Source of the DNA: Lachnospiraceae bacterium
GTDB lineage: Bacteria > Bacillota > Clostridia > Lachnospirales > Lachnospiraceae
Assembly: GCA_051879435.1 (NCBI GenBank)
Contig: JBJEMA010000074.1
Coordinates: 27,800 to 91,799, forward strand
Length of the DNA stretch: 64,000 nucleotides
Direction: 5' to 3'
Made by a program: the position numbers and the translations under genes
Shown: positions 55,360 to 64,000 of the stretch, in pieces
How the letters are laid out: each line of letters opens with the position of its first letter
Position numbering within the stretch: the stretch's first letter is position 1
The notes under the pieces: generated by a model
What the model saw: the letters and a program-made list of their open reading frames with translations, nothing else
Told to the model about the DNA's origin: nothing
Databases searched by the model: none

Positions 55360-56343
55360 TTATGAATCTGCATTTTCCCGGGTTTCTTTTTCCCTTGTTT
55401 GATTTTCCCGGGAAGGAATCATCTGCTTAATGACATACTGCGGCGAATTGTTCATGGAAATATAGATTCGCCCGATGTACTCTCCGATAAGACCCAGCAT
55501 CAGCATAATCATGCCGCAGAAAAATACAATTGCAGACATAAGGGAAGAAAATCCGATCACCCGATCCGGCAAAACAAATTTCTGAACGATTACTACAATT
55601 CCATAAATAAAACCCACAAATGCAGAAACACATCCTACACATGTAGCAATACGAAGGGGTTTTACGGAAAAGGAAGTAAATCCGTTCATCCAAAGACCAA
55701 GTAGTTTTTTCAGTGTGTATCCGGAAGAACCCACGGTCCTGCTCCTGTGATTTACATCTACATTCACAATATTCTTCGTTGCACGTAGCACCAGTCCGAT
55801 TACATACGGATAAGAATTCTCGTAACGGATCATGTCATCTACAATGAAACGTTTTGCCGCAAAATAACTGGATACATACAAATCCTTTGGCTTATCCAAC
55901 ATAATGCGCGCCATCTCTTCGTTCAGCATACTGCCGAAATTCCGGAAAAAAGAATGCTTCTTATGGGCATAACGGGCATAGGCCACATCTGCCCCTTCTT
56001 CTAACGCCGCCAAAAGTTTTGGTGCCTCCTCTGCCGGAGTTTGTCCGTCATCATCGAGACATATCACAATATCTCCCTTACTCTGTCGAAGTCCCGCCAT
56101 CAGTGCATTGTGTTGTCCGAAATTACGGGTAAAATCGATTCCGGTAATTGCCGGATTGCTGCTACATAATTCCTCAATAACGGCAAAAGTATTGTCTGGC
56201 GAACAGTCATTCACCAATATAATTTCATAGGTATATTTCTTTTTTTGCAAGTCGTCTTCCATGGCAGATACGATTTCTTTGATAACATGCGGCAGTGTTT
56301 CCGCGCTGCGATAGCATGGAATTACAAAACTTACTTTGTTCAT
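55360..56343 (-). CDS. ArnC/GtrB-like undecaprenyl-phosphate glycosyltransferase (GT2)
   Basis: VIPCYRS, VNDCSPD, RNFGQHNALMAG, LDDDGQTP, SSYFA, PYVIGL, HRSR..G.SGYT; two C-terminal TMs; GLIGEYIGRIY. Confidence 0.9.
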   Translation of the reverse strand: MNKVSFVIPCYRSAETLPHVIKEIVSAMEDDLQKKKYTYEIILVNDCSPDNTFAVIEELCSSNPAITGIDFTRNFGQHNALMAGLRQSKGDIVICLDDDGQTPAEEAPKLLAALEEGADVAYARYAHKKHSFFRNFGSMLNEEMARIMLDKPKDLYVSSYFAAKRFIVDDMIRYENSYPYVIGLVLRATKNIVNVDVNHRSRTVGSSGYTLKKLLGLWMNGFTSFSVKPLRIATCVGCVSAFVGFIYGIVVIVQKFVLPDRVIGFSSLMSAIVFFCGMIMLMLGLIGEYIGRIYISMNNSPQYVIKQMIPSRENQTREKETRENADS

Positions 56344-56982
56344 CTATTTAACCTCTCTTGTGGGCAAATCCTTCTTTTTACAAACAAAAAAGCAGATTCG
56401 CTCCTTTTTTCCTTCTATTTCTTTCCACTCATCATATTGGTAATGAAATCCTGTTTTTTCCTGTACTGTAATGGAGCGGGGATTGGTAAATAAAACCCGG
56501 GTAACCACCTGTTCCATCCCGAGACAGGTAAGTGCATAATGAACCAGCAGATACTCTGCCTCTGATCCGTAACCCTTCCCATAGGCCGATTCTTCGCCGA
56601 TGAAAATGCCGAATTCCGTTTCTTTCTTTTCTTCATCAAAATTCTGCAGGTAAACGCTTCCGATTTCCTCGCCGGTCTCATTTACTACAATAATGTATTG
56701 CATTACCCTGCCGGTGGCAACTTTTGTATGAAACCAGTTCAGATGTACTTCTCTCGTTAGCGGCGTCCGGTAAATGAAATTTTTCATTACAGGTTCGCTG
56801 TTGCGCCAACGAATAATGTTATCCGTATCTTCCACCGTAATTTTCCGCAGGGATACTTTATTTCCCCGGAGAAATTCTTCTTCCGGCATAACCATTTCAT
56901 TTTCAGAAAATATCCTGTTTTCATTTTGTTCGGAAAGAGTATTTCTCTGTTTCCGTTCCTTATTTTCTTGCATCATATTCAA
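56344..56982 (-). CDS. GNAT N-acetyltransferase (PseH/RimJ-like), probable amino-sugar nucleotide acetyltransferase
   Basis: IIRWRN, HLNWF, EFGIFIGE, GKGYGSEA, N.RSI...EKTGF. Confidence 0.85.
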   Translation of the reverse strand: MNMMQENKERKQRNTLSEQNENRIFSENEMVMPEEEFLRGNKVSLRKITVEDTDNIIRWRNSEPVMKNFIYRTPLTREVHLNWFHTKVATGRVMQYIIVVNETGEEIGSVYLQNFDEEKKETEFGIFIGEESAYGKGYGSEAEYLLVHYALTCLGMEQVVTRVLFTNPRSITVQEKTGFHYQYDEWKEIEGKKERICFFVCKKKDLPTREVK

Positions 56983-58778
56983 ACTCCGGTTCTGCAGGCC
57001 AATTCGGAAATTGTAATCAGATAATAGTATTCTTCGCCCACCGTAAAGGTTTCCAGAATCTCCACATTCTCTCCCTCAAACAGCGACAAGTCCTTTCCGA
57101 TAAAATAGACTGAATTCCCGCCATACAAAGCAACCCGTACATTTCCAATCTGTTCCCGTTCCAGTTTCTGTTCTAAAAGAGGGTGCCCCATCATCCAGCC
57201 ACCCAGGAGCATATAATTATGATATCCATAAGTATCCGATTTTAACGCATATTCCGTACGATTTGGAAAAGAATTTACATCCAGAAGAAAGAAATCATCG
57301 GGATGCTGCTCCATATAAAAGTATACCATATCGTATTTTTCATTTACAGAAATTTGTACCTGATAGGACTTGCAAAGTGACTGCATGGAATAAACGCTTC
57401 CATAAAGACTGATTCCGACCAACAATACTCCGGAAAATATACCAAAAAACTTAACTCTCCAGTTACGGCTGTCTCGGTCGCTTCCTTCCCTTTGATGCGA
57501 TTTCCGGCGGCTTTGCCACATTCCCAGTAACAGCAGAATTTCAAATAGGTACAAACTGACGGTTATCCGCTCCGGATAACGACCCCGGTAAATCAAATAA
57601 ATCCAAATGACGCTTCGTCCCACGAATAAAAGAAATAGAAGGAGAGAGAGCGGATTTCCGATTTTACGAAGCGGTTTTGCCGGTTCCAAATCTGCAGTTG
57701 TATGCGCTGCCGAATTCTGTTTTTTACTATCCGGAAATAATGAGGCATCAAAAATCAGAAGTACATATAGGAAAATAAGCAGAATATTATAAGGCATATC
57801 CTCCGTTTCCAGAAACAGGCGGTGGACATAGACATACACCGCCTCCCTGCATTTTTGCTTTTGATCCACCGGAAGCTGCTCCTGATAATCCCGAAAAACT
57901 TCCAGCGGATAAGAAGAAATGTCGTCCGCCAGAAGAATATCGTATTTCTGATAGCAGTCTATCGTCTGCCCGGAAAGACCACATTCCTCGTAATATTTCA
58001 CAGCATTTTCATCCATGGCAATCCCGGTGTAGTCATAGATGAGGGTGCGAAGATCGTTGTAAGCAAAATAATCCTTCCAGTCTTTTCCGTTGTAAAAGGC
58101 CAGTTGCAAAAGAACAAGCAAAACCAGACAGGATACAAAAACACCAGCCTGCAAAATCATTTTCTTTTTTTTCGGTCTTTCATGGGTAAGAAGGTGGTAA
58201 CACACTGCCACTGCCAAAAACGGAAGCATGAGGTAACACACATTGCTTCGGATTTCATAACAAAGAATCGTAAGCAAAAGGCTTTCCCATGGGAAACGGT
58301 TTTCTTTGCAATATGCCACACAGAATATGGCTGTCGCACCTACAACCGCTGCTGTTACCGTATAGGTGGGCAGTATCATTTGTCTGCCAAACAACATCAG
58401 AAACAGTACAATAACTCCCATAACACATATGGCTTTTTTCCACCATTTATCTTCGCCGGAAATCAACTTGGCCAGAACCATGGTAAGGCAAAGTCCATAG
58501 CAGCCAATCTGAAAGATTCCAAACCAGGGAATGGACGGCTGTAACCTATAAAAGCCACTAAGAAGAAAACTCAGTGGCTGATTGAAATAAACCGTCATGC
58601 TGCTGCTTTGTCCCGAAAATCTTCCGGACAAAATATCCTGAATCATAACATCATCATTGGCATAATAGAGAACATCAAAGTACAGAAAAAGAAGAGTAAA
58701 TAATACCACCGTAATTCCCAGTGCAATCCCTATGTTTATCCATTTTCGTAAGCCAGTTAGAAGGTTACCGTCTCTCAT
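56979..58778 (-). CDS. Polytopic membrane protein, probable GT-C
   Basis: YYANDDV acidic motif after TM1, PWFG, TVTAAV, CYEIRS, large loop with NDLRT..YDY, GRYPERI, external C-terminal domain. Confidence 0.65.
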   Translation of the reverse strand: MRDGNLLTGLRKWINIGIALGITVVLFTLLFLYFDVLYYANDDVMIQDILSGRFSGQSSSMTVYFNQPLSFLLSGFYRLQPSIPWFGIFQIGCYGLCLTMVLAKLISGEDKWWKKAICVMGVIVLFLMLFGRQMILPTYTVTAAVVGATAIFCVAYCKENRFPWESLLLTILCYEIRSNVCYLMLPFLAVAVCYHLLTHERPKKKKMILQAGVFVSCLVLLVLLQLAFYNGKDWKDYFAYNDLRTLIYDYTGIAMDENAVKYYEECGLSGQTIDCYQKYDILLADDISSYPLEVFRDYQEQLPVDQKQKCREAVYVYVHRLFLETEDMPYNILLIFLYVLLIFDASLFPDSKKQNSAAHTTADLEPAKPLRKIGNPLSLLLFLLFVGRSVIWIYLIYRGRYPERITVSLYLFEILLLLGMWQSRRKSHQREGSDRDSRNWRVKFFGIFSGVLLVGISLYGSVYSMQSLCKSYQVQISVNEKYDMVYFYMEQHPDDFFLLDVNSFPNRTEYALKSDTYGYHNYMLLGGWMMGHPLLEQKLEREQIGNVRVALYGGNSVYFIGKDLSLFEGENVEILETFTVGEEYYYLITISELACRTGV

Positions 58779-59902
58779 GCAAAAAACTCCAAAACTTTGT
58801 CAATAACATACTGCTGGTCCGCTTCCGTCATACTATAGTAAAGAGGAAGACGGGTTAAGCGTTCGCTTTCCTTTGTCGTATAAACATCTTCTCCATGAAA
58901 TTCCCCGAATCTTTTCCCCGCAGGAGAAGAATGGAGCGGAATATAATGAAATACGGACAAAATTCCGTTCTTCTTCAAAAAGTCAATGAGCGCTGTACGC
59001 TCTTCGTAATCTTTTGCCTTGAGATAGAACATATGGGCATTGTGAGTGCAGCCCCGCGGAACCGTCGGAAGTACAATGCGTCCTTCCTTTTCCAGCGGAC
59101 TGAGCTGCTCATAATAATGATTCCATAGGGAAAGACGTTTTTCGTTAATTTCATCCGCCAATTCCAATTGGGCAAACAAATAAGCCGCATTCATGTCACT
59201 TGGCAGATAAGAGGAGCCATAATTTACCCATGTATATTTGTCCACCTGACCACGGAAGAAACGGCTTCGGTCGGTTCCCTTTTCCCGGATAATCTCTGCC
59301 TCTTCCATATAAGTATCATCTCGAAGAAGCAGGGCGCCACCTTCTCCCATGCTGTAATTTTTTGTTTCGTGAAAACTATAACAACCCATGTCACCTATCG
59401 TTCCCAGTGCCTTACCATGATAAAAGCTCATAACCCCCTGTGCCGCGTCTTCAATTACCATAAGGTTGTATTTTTTTGCAAGAGCCATGATGGTATCCAT
59501 TTCGCAGGCGATACCGGCGTAATGAACCGGCACAATGGCTCTGGTTCTCTCCGTTATGGCATCCTCAATCAGAGTTTCATCGATGTTCATGGTATCGGGA
59601 CGGATATCCACGAAAATCACCTTTGCGCCCCGTAAAACAAAGGCATCCGCAGTGGAAACAAAGGTATAGGAAGGAAGAATCACTTCGTCTCCCGGCTTGA
59701 TATCTGCCAGAAGCGCAGCCATTTCCGTCGCATGGGTGCAGGAGGTGGTGAGAAGACATTTCCGTACCTTCATGCGCTGCTCAAACCAGGCATTGCATTT
59801 TTTGGTAAATTGACCGTCACCACAGATTTTCTGTGCTTCCACGCATTCCCTGATGTATTCCATTTCTTTTCCCGTATAAGGAGGCACATTAAAATTTATC
59901 AT
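58775..59902 (-). CDS. wecE: dTDP-4-amino-4,6-dideoxygalactose transaminase (WecE/RffA)
   Basis: MINFNVPP, ICGDGQFT, TTSCTHATEMAA, PSYTFVSTADAF, VPVHYAG, IEDAAQG, SFHETKNYSMGEGG, EKGTDRSRFFRGQVDKYTW, FHYIPLH. Start moved to 59902. Confidence 0.93.
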   Translation of the reverse strand: MINFNVPPYTGKEMEYIRECVEAQKICGDGQFTKKCNAWFEQRMKVRKCLLTTSCTHATEMAALLADIKPGDEVILPSYTFVSTADAFVLRGAKVIFVDIRPDTMNIDETLIEDAITERTRAIVPVHYAGIACEMDTIMALAKKYNLMVIEDAAQGVMSFYHGKALGTIGDMGCYSFHETKNYSMGEGGALLLRDDTYMEEAEIIREKGTDRSRFFRGQVDKYTWVNYGSSYLPSDMNAAYLFAQLELADEINEKRLSLWNHYYEQLSPLEKEGRIVLPTVPRGCTHNAHMFYLKAKDYEERTALIDFLKKNGILSVFHYIPLHSSPAGKRFGEFHGEDVYTTKESERLTRLPLYYSMTEADQQYVIDKVLEFFA

Positions 59903-59967
59903 GCCATCTTCCATCCTTTCCCATATTCCGATTCCGTCGTATATTTCTTCACAACTCCACAAATGAA

Positions 59968-61743
59968 TTACTCGATTGTTCTCGCAAATACCACAAATTC
60001 CTGATTGGAGAAGACTTCTTCATACCCATTTCCCGCAAGGAACTCCGTAATCAGGGGAAGTTTTTCATCCTTTTCCAAACGTTCCCTTTCCAAATCCGTC
60101 ATTCCCAGAAACGCCATTCCTTCTGCATCCTCCGTTCGGAACGCTTCCACCTTTGCGCTGAGAATAACAAGAGGATACTCCCCATTTTCATTCAGGGCAT
60201 TCATTTCCTCTCCAAACTGCGCCTTCGGAAAACTATCCAGATCCACCCAGAAACTGCTTAGTGCCGCCGGCTTTTGCAGAAAATAATGGAGTCCCGGCAA
60301 ATTACCATAAACAAGCAGTGTTTCCTGCTGCCCCTGCGAATCTGCCACATAAGAATATAATTCGTCCATGCAGGTGGCATGCATTTCTCCGGTCACCATA
60401 CCCTGCATCAGGGACGGCGCCTGCAAACGGGTGCTTCGCACTTCTCCATCATTACCGTCGCAAAACACATAAGTACCATGAAATAAAATAATCTGTACCA
60501 GAAAAACCAACAGATAGGTTCCCAGCATTGCTTTCGCCGGAAAGGCAAGAATACTTTTTCCATACTCCCGAAAAATCCGGTAACCAAGCGCCAGAGAAAT
60601 TGGTGCAAGCAGGAACAGATAATTAATGATGCAATACAAGTGATTATTGCTTCCCAAAGGTAAAATCAACAATAAAACCAGATTCAGAAGCGCCGCTTCC
60701 TTTTCCGTTTCCCCGAATTTTTTATCCAGCAGAATCCAAAAGGAAACCGAATAACAAAAGAGAAGAAAAAGCACGCTCAGGGAAAACATACTTCCCACAT
60801 TGTAATAGGTGGTGGTAAATACCCCGTTGCGATAAAAGTAAAAATACAATAATGCAACACACAGCATATAGCCAATCTTTTTTATCTTTACAAAGCGGTC
60901 CTTCCATAGGGCAAATCCGCCCATTCCCGCAATAATACCCAGCAGAAGAAGGAAAAACCAGCGCAGCTGAATCCAATAATTTTTCCAAATGGTCAGGAGC
61001 ATGACCTTCAGGGAATATCCACCGGCCTCGTCCTCGCTGGTCAGCAGGGAAATCAGCCAATTAACCATTTCCCCATATGCCCCGGTTCCGTCGGAAAGTA
61101 TCATCATTCCCAGCATTGCCAATATACCCAGGAAAAAACCCAGAACGCAGATTCCCGTTTCTTTCCAGATTTTTCGGTCTTTCTTCTGCCACACATCAAA
61201 CCACACCAGGACAATAAGCGCTACCTGGGTAAGATTGGAGGTGCGGACAAACACATTGCACCCCAGAAGTATGCCGGCAGGAAATAACAGCCATGGCTTA
61301 TGTTTCCGCATAGCGAGCCAAATCAGCAAAATGGCAACCGTAAGAATCAGATAGGATAAATAATTATAGAAAATTATGGTAGGACACCAGCATAAACTAA
61401 TGGCAATCACTTCTCCCCAAAAAAGGAAAAGAGGGGATACATATTTTTCGGCACCAAAGTAAACCACAAGGGCAATTGTCGCCACCAAAAAAGCCCCCAT
61501 TATATTCATATAAAGCATCTTTCCGCCGGTGAGCCACATAAGAAACCGGCCAAACAGATTCGCCAGAAAAGTGGCATATTTCCAATTGCCGGAAATCCGT
61601 TCAAAATAAAGGTAATTGCCCAGACTATAGGTGGTATCCGTCAAATCCGCCCCCTGATTCACCATGACAAAAGGATAAAGAAGAAGCAGTATGGGAAATA
61701 TGCAGTTTTCAATCCAGAACTTTGGGCTTTTCACATTTTTCAT
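59968..61743 (-). CDS. Polytopic membrane protein, probable GT-C
   Basis: QGADLTDTTY acidic motif after TM1, YNYLS, FVRTSN, PLGSNN, soluble C-terminal domain. Confidence 0.65.
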   Translation of the reverse strand: MKNVKSPKFWIENCIFPILLLLYPFVMVNQGADLTDTTYSLGNYLYFERISGNWKYATFLANLFGRFLMWLTGGKMLYMNIMGAFLVATIALVVYFGAEKYVSPLFLFWGEVIAISLCWCPTIIFYNYLSYLILTVAILLIWLAMRKHKPWLLFPAGILLGCNVFVRTSNLTQVALIVLVWFDVWQKKDRKIWKETGICVLGFFLGILAMLGMMILSDGTGAYGEMVNWLISLLTSEDEAGGYSLKVMLLTIWKNYWIQLRWFFLLLLGIIAGMGGFALWKDRFVKIKKIGYMLCVALLYFYFYRNGVFTTTYYNVGSMFSLSVLFLLFCYSVSFWILLDKKFGETEKEAALLNLVLLLILPLGSNNHLYCIINYLFLLAPISLALGYRIFREYGKSILAFPAKAMLGTYLLVFLVQIILFHGTYVFCDGNDGEVRSTRLQAPSLMQGMVTGEMHATCMDELYSYVADSQGQQETLLVYGNLPGLHYFLQKPAALSSFWVDLDSFPKAQFGEEMNALNENGEYPLVILSAKVEAFRTEDAEGMAFLGMTDLERERLEKDEKLPLITEFLAGNGYEEVFSNQEFVVFARTIE

Positions 61744-62192
61744 TTTGCTTCCTTTTTCTCCAAAAAGATCTTTCGGGTTACAAAATTATAAACCATTACC
61801 ACAGCAGTGGCGATTATTTTTGCTCCTGCGGTTACCAGATTCGGCTGATTCTCATAAAGGTGGGCCATCACCTTTGCGGCAAACACAAGGGAACCCTTCA
61901 AAAGCAGTTCATTAATACCCAGACCGATAACGCTCAGCATCATAAATACCACAAATTCTTTTCTCCGGTCCATATCCTCCTTACGGGCAAACACATATTT
62001 CATGCTTAGGAAATAGTTGACCATAACGGAAATCACAAATCCGAAAAATCCGGCAACCAGTGCAGCAGTATCCGTATCCAGGTCTGCCTTTCGAAGCAAT
62101 GCGGAAGCGCCTAATGTTATCAGAAAATCAATAACAAAACAAAGACCTCCCACCAGACCAAATTTTACTAACTGGGCAAATAATTTTTTCAT
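61740..62192 (-). CDS. gtrA: GtrA-family flippase
   Basis: QLVKFGLVGGLCFVID, NYFLSMKYVF, AKIIATAVVMVYNFVTRKIF; four TMs. Confidence 0.9.
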   Translation of the reverse strand: MKKLFAQLVKFGLVGGLCFVIDFLITLGASALLRKADLDTDTAALVAGFFGFVISVMVNYFLSMKYVFARKEDMDRRKEFVVFMMLSVIGLGINELLLKGSLVFAAKVMAHLYENQPNLVTAGAKIIATAVVMVYNFVTRKIFLEKKEAK

Positions 62193-62204
62193 AAAATGCC
62201 TTTC

Positions 62205-63998
62205 TTATTTCTTTTTCTGAAAAATCCACAATTTACTGAAAATATAATTCAGAATAATCACCACAATGCCGATTACCAGTTTTGCCACCAGGTCGTTGGA
62301 ATGGAGCAAATCCAGCATCAGCATGAACAAAAACTGCTCTACCAGAAAAGAAAATACACGTGCTCCCACAAAGGAGAAAAATTCTTTTGCCACACCTTTC
62401 CCATCCACAACCTCACTGTGAAAAACAAATTTGCGGTTGGTCCAGTATGCGAAAATAACCGCCACCACCCAGGCAATCACATTGGATACCTTTTTGTTAA
62501 TGTCATCTGCCAGAAAGTTTACCAAAAATGCTCTGCTGGCCAACAGATATGCTACCCAGTTTACCAGGGTAGTGAGACCACCGAAGATCAGATAATCCCA
62601 GACTTCCTGCTTTTTGTAGTAAATGCGTAACCCGATTTCCATGAGTGCTTCGATTCCCCGAAAGAATAATTCCCGCAGGAAATCAATTACAATGCCGCCA
62701 CAGAATAAAACCAGGACAGATAAAATCAGATGCAATATCCGCAGCATTCCATAGTCTCCGGAAACCCGGAACCATTGCGGCCATGCGTACCGGAGCAGTA
62801 AATGCTCATGAATCAGATATACCCCAAAGGTATAAGGCGCAATCCGGACAAAGAAACGGGTGAAAACATTATCCTTACAAGACAGGTTTTGGAAAAAACC
62901 AAAAAGTCCCAGAGAGGCAGTCAATACAAAAACAAAATTATACCCGGTGGGAATAGTGGCTGCATCCGGATAATCCGCCATGAAACTACCAGTATAAAAT
63001 GCCATGGAAAAAACAATCAGTGCCACGGAACACAGATAGATGGCAATGCTTTTTCCCTTTGTAGCAATTACTGACAACCCATACAAACGAATGTAAGAGG
63101 CAAGTACATAGAGACACAGGAACCAGATTACTCCGTTTCCGCGGTCATCAATTCCAAGGGAAAAAGGAATCAGGGTTTTTGAAAAGGAAAACAATATAAG
63201 CAGAAGCCAAAGCAGACAGGCATGTTGCTTTTGACCAAGTTTCCGGATTCCACTTCCCATAAACGGAACAAAGAGAAGGAGTAGCAGGTATGCCGTTGCA
63301 AACCAATAGTGACCATTTACCACAGGGAAAAAATAGAACAGCAATTCATGAAGATTCAGCAATTCCCTCACATTCACCATTTGCGTGGCAATGCATACAA
63401 GAACGATTCCTACGCTGTAGAAAAATACTTCACACCACAATCGCACAAAGCGGGACAATTGAAACTTCCGGTCAATGAGAAAATATCCGCTGATGAAAAC
63501 ATAAACATTAACACTAGCCAGACAAAAAGCCTCCAAAGTCCAGCGTAAAATATTGTTAAGACTATGATTCTGCCCCAGAGTTTGCTCCAGCAGTCCGCCT
63601 TTGGATAAATAGTGCAACACCAGAATCATCATCATGGCAAGGCAACGGAGAATTTCAAAATTAGCCTGCCGACTCTTTGACACGGGAAGAATGTTCCGTG
63701 ATTGCTTCCATTCCTTCATGGAAGAAGGCAACTCCTTCTCATAGCAAAGGAAATCCGTCTCCTGACAATCGTTACCGTATGGTAGCGAATCATTGCCCTC
63801 CTGGTCCGCATTGCTTGATTGCACGGCATTGCTCTCCTGCAGATGGTATCCCAAATGTTCAAAGACATGACAGGATGCCACATTTTCTTTTTTTACTTTC
63901 CCCACCAATTTCCGTACAGGAGCCTTTGGATGATTGCCGGTTTCCTTTAGAAGTTCTTTCTCCAGCAGGAAAAGGAGTTTTTTTCCAATTCCCTGATT
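62205..63998 (-). CDS. Fusion protein: partial GNAT + acyltransferase-3 + GtrA (open to the right window edge)
   Basis: The frame has no stop up to 63998: NQGIGKKLLFLLEKEL...KVKKENVASCHVFEHLGY (GNAT C-half), linker, RQANFEILRCLAMMMILVLH...VNVYVFISGY...YWFATAY...TFGVYLIH (AT3), then YLIFGGLTTLVN...FAYWTNRKFVF...AKLVIGIVVIILNYIFSKLWIF (GtrA). Confidence 0.8.
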   Translation of the reverse strand, partial: NQGIGKKLLFLLEKELLKETGNHPKAPVRKLVGKVKKENVASCHVFEHLGYHLQESNAVQSSNADQEGNDSLPYGNDCQETDFLCYEKELPSSMKEWKQSRNILPVSKSRQANFEILRCLAMMMILVLHYLSKGGLLEQTLGQNHSLNNILRWTLEAFCLASVNVYVFISGYFLIDRKFQLSRFVRLWCEVFFYSVGIVLVCIATQMVNVRELLNLHELLFYFFPVVNGHYWFATAYLLLLLFVPFMGSGIRKLGQKQHACLLWLLLILFSFSKTLIPFSLGIDDRGNGVIWFLCLYVLASYIRLYGLSVIATKGKSIAIYLCSVALIVFSMAFYTGSFMADYPDAATIPTGYNFVFVLTASLGLFGFFQNLSCKDNVFTRFFVRIAPYTFGVYLIHEHLLLRYAWPQWFRVSGDYGMLRILHLILSVLVLFCGGIVIDFLRELFFRGIEALMEIGLRIYYKKQEVWDYLIFGGLTTLVNWVAYLLASRAFLVNFLADDINKKVSNVIAWVVAVIFAYWTNRKFVFHSEVVDGKGVAKEFFSFVGARVFSFLVEQFLFMLMLDLLHSNDLVAKLVIGIVVIILNYIFSKLWIFQKKK

Positions 63999-64000
63999 GC

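Noticed and set aside
194-63548. The many plus-strand ORFs and nested alternate-frame minus-strand ORFs in the track (e.g. 25317..26402, 20364..21239, 51325..52119)
   Set aside because: All overlap well-supported minus-strand genes and show no recognisable motifs; treated as shadow ORFs.
1-64000. IS/transposase, integrase or invertase, invertible promoter, tRNA/rRNA, riboswitch
   Set aside because: No DDE, tyrosine or serine recombinase motifs, no long inverted repeats around a promoter, and no recognisable RNA-gene sequence were seen by eye; Rfam and ISfinder searches would be needed to exclude them fully.

Overview
The whole 64 kb window is one co-oriented surface-glycan biosynthesis region: about 55 genes, all on the minus strand. 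It probably comes from a Clostridia/Lachnospiraceae-like Gram-positive genome (inferred from protein families, not verified). Contents: about 25 soluble glycosyltransferases (GT2, GT4, one GT10); nucleotide-sugar enzymes (Gmd, a partial Rmd-like reductase missed by the ORF track, UDP-xylose synthase, WbpO/WbpP-like pair, FdtA-like isomerase, WecE-like aminotransferase with a GNAT, KdsC-like phosphatase); two priming sugar-phosphate transferases; two PglK-like ABC flippases; one Wzy-like and one O-antigen-ligase-like protein; three DPM/GtrB/ArnC-like polyprenol-P sugar synthases; two GtrA domains; about seven probable GT-C membrane transferases; and two acyltransferase-3 domains. No Wzx, Wzz/CpsCD, LCP ligase, RNA gene, IS or CRISPR array was recognised. 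The most notable signals are (1) an unusually large extracytoplasmic Gtr/Arn-type decoration machinery without capsule chain-length genes, (2) an apparent GNAT + acyltransferase-3 + GtrA triple fusion open to the right window edge, (3) a frameshifted AT-rich Rpn/PD-(D/E)XK-type C-terminal remnant at an operon boundary, (4) a VanZ-TagA fusion, and (5) many short tandem duplications at gene junctions. All family calls come from motif recognition by eye; no database searches were run.
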